This document shows, one piece after another, positions 58,985-64,000 of a DNA stretch of 64,000 nt; the stretch's first letter is position 1, and each line of letters starts with the position of its first letter. Both the position numbers and the translations under genes were made by a program. The notes under the pieces are model-generated. The model had not been told where the DNA came from and did no database searches. It saw only the letters and a list, made by a program, of their open reading frames with translations. The stretch spans positions 1 to 64,000 of the forward strand of contig MEQL01000047.1 in the NCBI GenBank assembly GCA_001770205.1, in the 5' to 3' direction. The stretch comes from Bdellovibrionales bacterium RIFOXYD12_FULL_39_22 (lineage in GTDB: Bacteria > Bdellovibrionota > Bacteriovoracia > Bacteriovoracales > Bacteriovoracaceae).

Positions 58985-60442
58985 CTAAAAATATCCCTTC
59001 CCCCAGGGCCCACGTTTCCCCGTCCCACTTTTTTTCGGCCCAGGCATAGAAGGGGCCTGACGAAATCCCTTGCGCGCTCCCATTTCAGGCATTCCCCCAT
59101 CTCCCATTCCAGGAAATCCCGGCATTCCGCCCTTGAACATGCTCATCATACTACCCATCATTTTCTCCATTTGACGAAATTTTGCGAGAAAATCTTGTAC
59201 ACTTTGAATAGATGTTCCAGAACCTGAGGCCACCCGTTTAATGTGAGATTCCTTCATTATTTTATAATCTTCTCGCTCCTTTTTAGTCATGGAAGAAATA
59301 ATAACCTTCATCTTTTTCATCTCATTTTCTGCAGGAGAGAGATCGCCTACCTGCTTCATCACCTGCCCCATACCGGGCAACATTTTTAAAATTGATCCCA
59401 TTGAGCCAAGATTAGAAATCATATTCATCTGCTTTAAAAAGTCATCTACCGTGAATTTACCCCTCTCCATATTTTTCATCATTCGAAGGGCCTCTTTTTC
59501 TTCCATCATTCCTTCCGCTTTCTCCACCAGCGAAAGTACATCTCCCATATCCAAAATTCTTTTGGCCAAGCGATCAGGATGAAATAGTTCCAAATCCTGC
59601 ATCTTCTCACCCGTGGAGATATAGCGAATAGGAACACCTGTAACATATTTTAGAGAGAGCGCCGCCCCACCGCGAGCGTCAGAATCCATTTTAGACAAAA
59701 CAACACCGGTCAATGTAATCGCCTCATGAAAGCTTTTAGCGACATTCACCGCTTCCTGGCCCGTCATCGCATCCGCCACCAGTAATACCTCGGGATTTAA
59801 GGCCGCGATCGCCTGTTTGACCTCTTTGATCTGTTCCATCAAGTCGGCATCAACATGTAGTCGCCCGGCAGTATCAATAATCACTATATCCTTATGTAAT
59901 TTTGCCGCCTCCTCCAGCGCTCGCAAGGCGATATCCTTAGGATGCATCTTCAAATCAGAATCAAACCACTCCACCCCAATGCTTTTTGCCAAAGTAATTA
60001 ATTGATCTTTGGCGGCCGGACGAAAGGTATCTGCCGGCACGAGCAAGATTGATTTTTTCTTTTTTTCCATCAAGTGACGGGCCAGTTTTCCAGAAAAAGT
60101 AGTCTTCCCTTGGCCATTTAATCCCACCACCAAAATAGGGATAACTGGCGGCCGGTTGAGATTTATTTCCTCGTTGGCCTCTCCCATCATGTGGGCCAAC
60201 TCATCATGCATAATTTTTACAAATTGCTCACCAGGATTGACCCCTCTAGCGACTTTCTCGCCCAAGGCCTTTTCCTTGACCACGTTTACAAACTCTTTAA
60301 CTACTTTAAAGTTTACATCCGCTTCCAAAAGAGCAGTGCGTACATCTTTAAGAGTCTCTTCAATATTTTCTTCTGAGATTTTAGATTTTCCACGCACATG
60401 GCGAAAAGCATCGATAAACTTATCACTGAGGGTATCAAACAT
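58985..60442 (-). CDS. ffh: Signal recognition particle protein Ffh
   Basis: ALLEADV, GLNGQGKTT, DTFRPAA, DTAGR, Met-rich M domain. Confidence 0.98.
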   Translation of the reverse strand: MFDTLSDKFIDAFRHVRGKSKISEENIEETLKDVRTALLEADVNFKVVKEFVNVVKEKALGEKVARGVNPGEQFVKIMHDELAHMMGEANEEINLNRPPVIPILVVGLNGQGKTTFSGKLARHLMEKKKKSILLVPADTFRPAAKDQLITLAKSIGVEWFDSDLKMHPKDIALRALEEAAKLHKDIVIIDTAGRLHVDADLMEQIKEVKQAIAALNPEVLLVADAMTGQEAVNVAKSFHEAITLTGVVLSKMDSDARGGAALSLKYVTGVPIRYISTGEKMQDLELFHPDRLAKRILDMGDVLSLVEKAEGMMEEKEALRMMKNMERGKFTVDDFLKQMNMISNLGSMGSILKMLPGMGQVMKQVGDLSPAENEMKKMKVIISSMTKKEREDYKIMKESHIKRVASGSGTSIQSVQDFLAKFRQMEKMMGSMMSMFKGGMPGFPGMGDGGMPEMGARKGFRQAPSMPGPKKSGTGKRGPWGKGYF

Positions 60443-60594
60443 GAGAACTTCTCCGATTTACAAATTAGGCAGACGATAATATCAATAACGAATAGATTAT
60501 CAAGGTTAAATAGATGGTGAAGCATAAATTAGTGGACGAATTTCCCCCAGTAACCCGCGATAAGATTAATACCATAATCAATCGCCGCCAAACA

Positions 60595-61626
60595 ATGAAG
60601 ATAGAAAAATTTAATTTTCCATCTCAACTGCTTATGGCGCCGATGGCCGGAATAACCAATGCCCCTTTTCGTGCACTTATTGAAGCACTCGGAGCTGGGT
60701 CCACCACCAGTGAGCTGATCTCTTGTCACGGTATTGGATACAAAAATCCGCGAACTATAAAAATGCTTACCCCTCACCCCGCAGAACAAAATTGGGGAAT
60801 TCAACTTTTTGGGGAAGATGCTCGCGCAATGGCCACAGCGGCCGCTATTGCCTGTGAATTTGGCCCGAAATTTATTGATATAAATGCTGGTTGTCCGGTA
60901 AAAAAAGTAGTCGGTAAAGGTGGCGGTTCTGCTTTAATGCAAAATCTTCCAAATTTATCTGAGATCATTGTGGCAATCAAAAAAGTTATCTCTGTTCCAC
61001 TTACTTTAAAAATACGAATTGGCTGGGATCATAACTCTAAAAATGGAGAAGAAGTTGTTCGCATGGCCGCAGATTGCGGAGTGGATCTAATTACCATTCA
61101 CGGACGAACAAGGATGCAGCAATATGGAGGATTGGCCGATTGGGAGTTTATTGAAAATATTGCCCAAAAGAAAATCATTCCCATCATCGGCAACGGAGAT
61201 CTGCGCACCGCCTCAACTATTTTTCAGCACCTCCAAACGACTCATTGTGATGGATTGATGATCGGCCGCGGGGCCTTGCGCAATCCCTTTATCTTTCTTA
61301 CTCCTTTTGATGATGGCAACATCACTTTTGATTCAATCGACTATTGGAATGTAATCCAAGTTTTTTATAAATTAATGGCCTCCCACTTTGATAGCGAACG
61401 AATCATCTTAGTGCAGACACTAAAGCATATTGTCTGGTTTGCTGCAGGATTTAACAATGCTGCCCACTTTCGTGCTCAAATTTATCGCGAAAAAAATATC
61501 GCTACTGTTTTACAAATGGGTGAAGAATTTTTTCATGCTAATGCTCACATACAACAACAAAATGATCATGCATATGAAGGTAATAGTGATGATGATGATG
61601 AATTTTTAAATAACGGCCATGGATAA
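60595..61626 (+). CDS. tRNA-dihydrouridine synthase (DusB-like)
   Basis: APMAG, DINAGCP, HGRTR, GNGD, MIGRG; likely start ATG 60595 (track ORF starts at 60514). Confidence 0.92.
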   Translation: MKIEKFNFPSQLLMAPMAGITNAPFRALIEALGAGSTTSELISCHGIGYKNPRTIKMLTPHPAEQNWGIQLFGEDARAMATAAAIACEFGPKFIDINAGCPVKKVVGKGGGSALMQNLPNLSEIIVAIKKVISVPLTLKIRIGWDHNSKNGEEVVRMAADCGVDLITIHGRTRMQQYGGLADWEFIENIAQKKIIPIIGNGDLRTASTIFQHLQTTHCDGLMIGRGALRNPFIFLTPFDDGNITFDSIDYWNVIQVFYKLMASHFDSERIILVQTLKHIVWFAAGFNNAAHFRAQIYREKNIATVLQMGEEFFHANAHIQQQNDHAYEGNSDDDDEFLNNGHG

Positions 61627-61687
61627 AAAAAAGAGGGCCGTAAAAAATAATACTTGTGCAAATATCTCTTTTGTAAAAAGATATATT

Positions 61688-62010
61688 ATGCCAAGTTCAT
61701 TAAAAAAATGCATCTGTCTCCTTTTGCAACTCACTCTTTTGTCTAGCAGTTTTGCAACAACTCAAAGTATTTGGAACTCCTGGCCGGAACCTCCAACCGA
61801 CACGATGTTGGAATAATTTCTATGGCCCGCATAGGGGCCTCGTTGCTGTTAACCGAAGATTATTCGGCAGATCTATGTGAGCGCGGCGGATATTACTTTG
61901 GATTTTCGCTAGGTGCACTCTATTTTGGCCTAAAAGAAGATAGTGGCATAATCTCAAATCTTGATCGTTTTAACCTCTTGTTTGGCCTAAATTTGGGGTA
62001 CAAATTTTAG
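61688..62010 (+). pseudogene. Frameshifted small outer-membrane protein
   Basis: Signal peptide (MPSSLKK...SSFA) in one frame, beta-strands ending GLNLGYKF in another; shift near 61747-61770. Confidence 0.55.
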
Positions 62011-62152
62011 TGCACTTGGCCACCTTCTTATCTAATACAGCTAAGACATTTTTACTCCATTGACGGCAAATAAAAAGCTCCATACAATTCTACGACTACA
62101 AATAAAAAACTTACTTTTACCTAAGGCCAACAAACAGTAATAGGGGTTCATT

Positions 62153-64000
62153 ATGCAAACTTTCGTACGTCCACTTAATGTTATTGTCGCTGTAATAGTT
62201 GTCTTTGTTTTATCACTATTAATTCCTGCTTGCGGACAAAATCCTCCTGACAAAACGAAAGTAACCTTTAACCTACAAAATCTTCTTGGTAATAGAACAC
62301 GCGGTGGAACCATTGCACAAAATGGTGGAGTGATGATTGTCGGATACTCTATAGAAAAAGCACAAACTTTTTCTCTCGCTTTAACAAATGATACTGAAGA
62401 ATCCTCCGCTGTTTTAGATAATGGGAGTTGGATCTTTGCCGCAATGGGATGGGCGGATGGCAACATTGATAACAGAATGAACGGAGTGGCCCGCTGCTCG
62501 ACAGAAGTTCCTATGATGCTGACCGGAGCTAATACCATTGTCTCTTTAACAATTAATACTACCAATTGTAAAAGTAGTCGTTTCGGAGGCACAGAGTTTA
62601 TCGATAGCACTACTGGATCATTTAAGCCATTGAAGGTGGTTGCTTGTGCGGCCAATGGTGTAACGGAGACCGTGACGGCCTGGGGCGAATGTTCCGCATT
62701 GAGTGAGGATTATCTTTCTTTCAAAGTCATGATGCCAACAATGGATCTTTTTTATGAAGGAGATATGGATCAATACGTAAATGAATGGCCTCCATTTATT
62801 CATCGTGATTTCACCTCCCAGTGCTACAGCTTTGATGCTGCTAGTAAAATGGCCATTACCGATGTTCGCATTCCAATGGGTACCTCCATCGATACACTTA
62901 ATTTTTATCCTATGATTCTTCCATTTAAAACCACTGACTGCGACGGAGGGGCCATCTTTGACGATAGGCCATATGAAATTCCCAGAGGACACTCTACCGC
63001 TGATTGGACTGATGAGTCTGAAAATATTTTTGTAAGAAGTGATGCTTCTTCACCGTACAGCGTGGCATTCATCATGGATAGAAATTATGGTGAGGAGCAA
63101 TCATGCACTTTAAATGATGTAACTGTCACATATGATTCTATAAATTCCCAATATATCCAGGGCAAACTCTTTTCTATGTGCCCATCTTTCGATAATGCTC
63201 TTGTTACCGGTGATGTTTTTATCTTTAATACGACCGCAGACAACTATTCCAAAATGTATATCGAGTCAGTTGGAAGCAGTTTGAAGTTAAAATATACCAC
63301 TTATAGCAAAACAACAGGGGCCATTGTAAATACCGGCACCAGTGGAACATCCATTTATTTAAATTATGGCTCTCAATTTGTTTACGATTTAGATACTCCA
63401 ACTTTTTCTGGCGGAAGCCTTGACTCTATTAATCACGATATATATCTAAGAACTTCTGGATCCGCCGTGTATTTTAACTCCAGAAACAACGTAACGCTGG
63501 CAAAAGTTAAGAATGAACCGATTGTTGCTTGTACGACAGTACTAAAAGATTATGATGCAATAACTGCGGCATATCTGCAATGTCGACTCAATAGCGGTAT
63601 TTACACTACATCCTCAGGATCAGATGGAATTTTTTATGGAGTTCCAGGAATAACTACTCAGGCCAACGATCTTTTCCTATTCAAAACAGTCGATGATAAT
63701 CTCGTAAAAATGAAAGTTGAGAGCGTAGCGGTAAAAAAAACATTGGAAGAAAAATCCGTTGGTTCAATTAATTTATTTTCCTACAAAGTGTTCAATCAAT
63801 CTTTGACAACAATTAAAGAAGGTTCCGGCACTCTCTCTGATTGTTTTAAATTTAGTACTGCTTCTTACTCGTCAACTTGCACAGTTGGTATCAATGATTG
63901 GGATATTGGCCCCGGAGCAGGCAATCTTAGAATTAATTCCTATATTGATTTTGAACATATTCCTAACCACATGACAATAATTGGCACAGATATTTCCACC
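62153..64000 (+). CDS. Large lipoprotein, partial (runs off the window end)
   Basis: GGGG RBS, lipobox LIPAC; frame translated by hand is open to 64000 (616 codons); internal repeat. Confidence 0.85.
   Translation, partial: MQTFVRPLNVIVAVIVVFVLSLLIPACGQNPPDKTKVTFNLQNLLGNRTRGGTIAQNGGVMIVGYSIEKAQTFSLALTNDTEESSAVLDNGSWIFAAMGWADGNIDNRMNGVARCSTEVPMMLTGANTIVSLTINTTNCKSSRFGGTEFIDSTTGSFKPLKVVACAANGVTETVTAWGECSALSEDYLSFKVMMPTMDLFYEGDMDQYVNEWPPFIHRDFTSQCYSFDAASKMAITDVRIPMGTSIDTLNFYPMILPFKTTDCDGGAIFDDRPYEIPRGHSTADWTDESENIFVRSDASSPYSVAFIMDRNYGEEQSCTLNDVTVTYDSINSQYIQGKLFSMCPSFDNALVTGDVFIFNTTADNYSKMYIESVGSSLKLKYTTYSKTTGAIVNTGTSGTSIYLNYGSQFVYDLDTPTFSGGSLDSINHDIYLRTSGSAVYFNSRNNVTLAKVKNEPIVACTTVLKDYDAITAAYLQCRLNSGIYTTSSGSDGIFYGVPGITTQANDLFLFKTVDDNLVKMKVESVAVKKTLEEKSVGSINLFSYKVFNQSLTTIKEGSGTLSDCFKFSTASYSSTCTVGINDWDIGPGAGNLRINSYIDFEHIPNHMTIIGTDIST

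Noticed and set aside
583..62992. Numerous 60-200 aa ORFs antisense to or nested in called genes (e.g. 3076-3537, 9676-10068, 34719-35153, 62041-62655, 62618-62992)
   Set aside because: Shadow frames of well-supported genes with no motifs; the last two lie opposite the 62153 lipoprotein
1..64000. CRISPR array, rRNA, tRNA, intact transposase or integrase
   Set aside because: No regularly spaced repeat-spacer series, no recognisable RNA-gene signatures and no full DDE or tyrosine recombinase seen by eye; covariance searches were not run

Overview
AT-rich bacterial chromosomal window. Gene content and protein style suggest a Bdellovibrionota (Bacteriovoracia-like) predator; this is inference, not a database result. 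The housekeeping backbone comprises leuS, rluD-pgeF, tatD, yhaM, pgk-tpiA-secG, tdh-kbl, queF, ffh-rpsP-khpA and a dus gene. Accessory loci interrupt it: (1) a frameshifted transglutaminase, a HEPN-MNT pair and an AAA-DUF4143 ATPase; (2) a compact Agl/Glt-like motor operon (Ig-repeat gene, cglF-like, FHA-TonB gltG-like, motA/tolQ, two exbD) behind a sigma28-like promoter; (3) a lipoprotein with 21 heme-binding motifs next to a beta-helix lipoprotein; (4) a TatT-type TRAP transporter; (5) a MinD/FlhG-like ATPase coupled to an HPD-less J-domain/HTH protein; (6) secreted two-domain enzymes (deamidase+GNAT-like; ART-like+Fic); (7) a two-component cluster with GacA-box-like sites. Three divergent AAA-DUF4143 paralogs each carry their own promoter-overlapping repeat and each sit near a protein-modifying enzyme gene. 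Three ORFs absent from the supplied track were read by hand (4321-4473, 35670-35837, 62153 to the window end), as were two IS-related remnants. No rRNA, tRNA or CRISPR array was seen.
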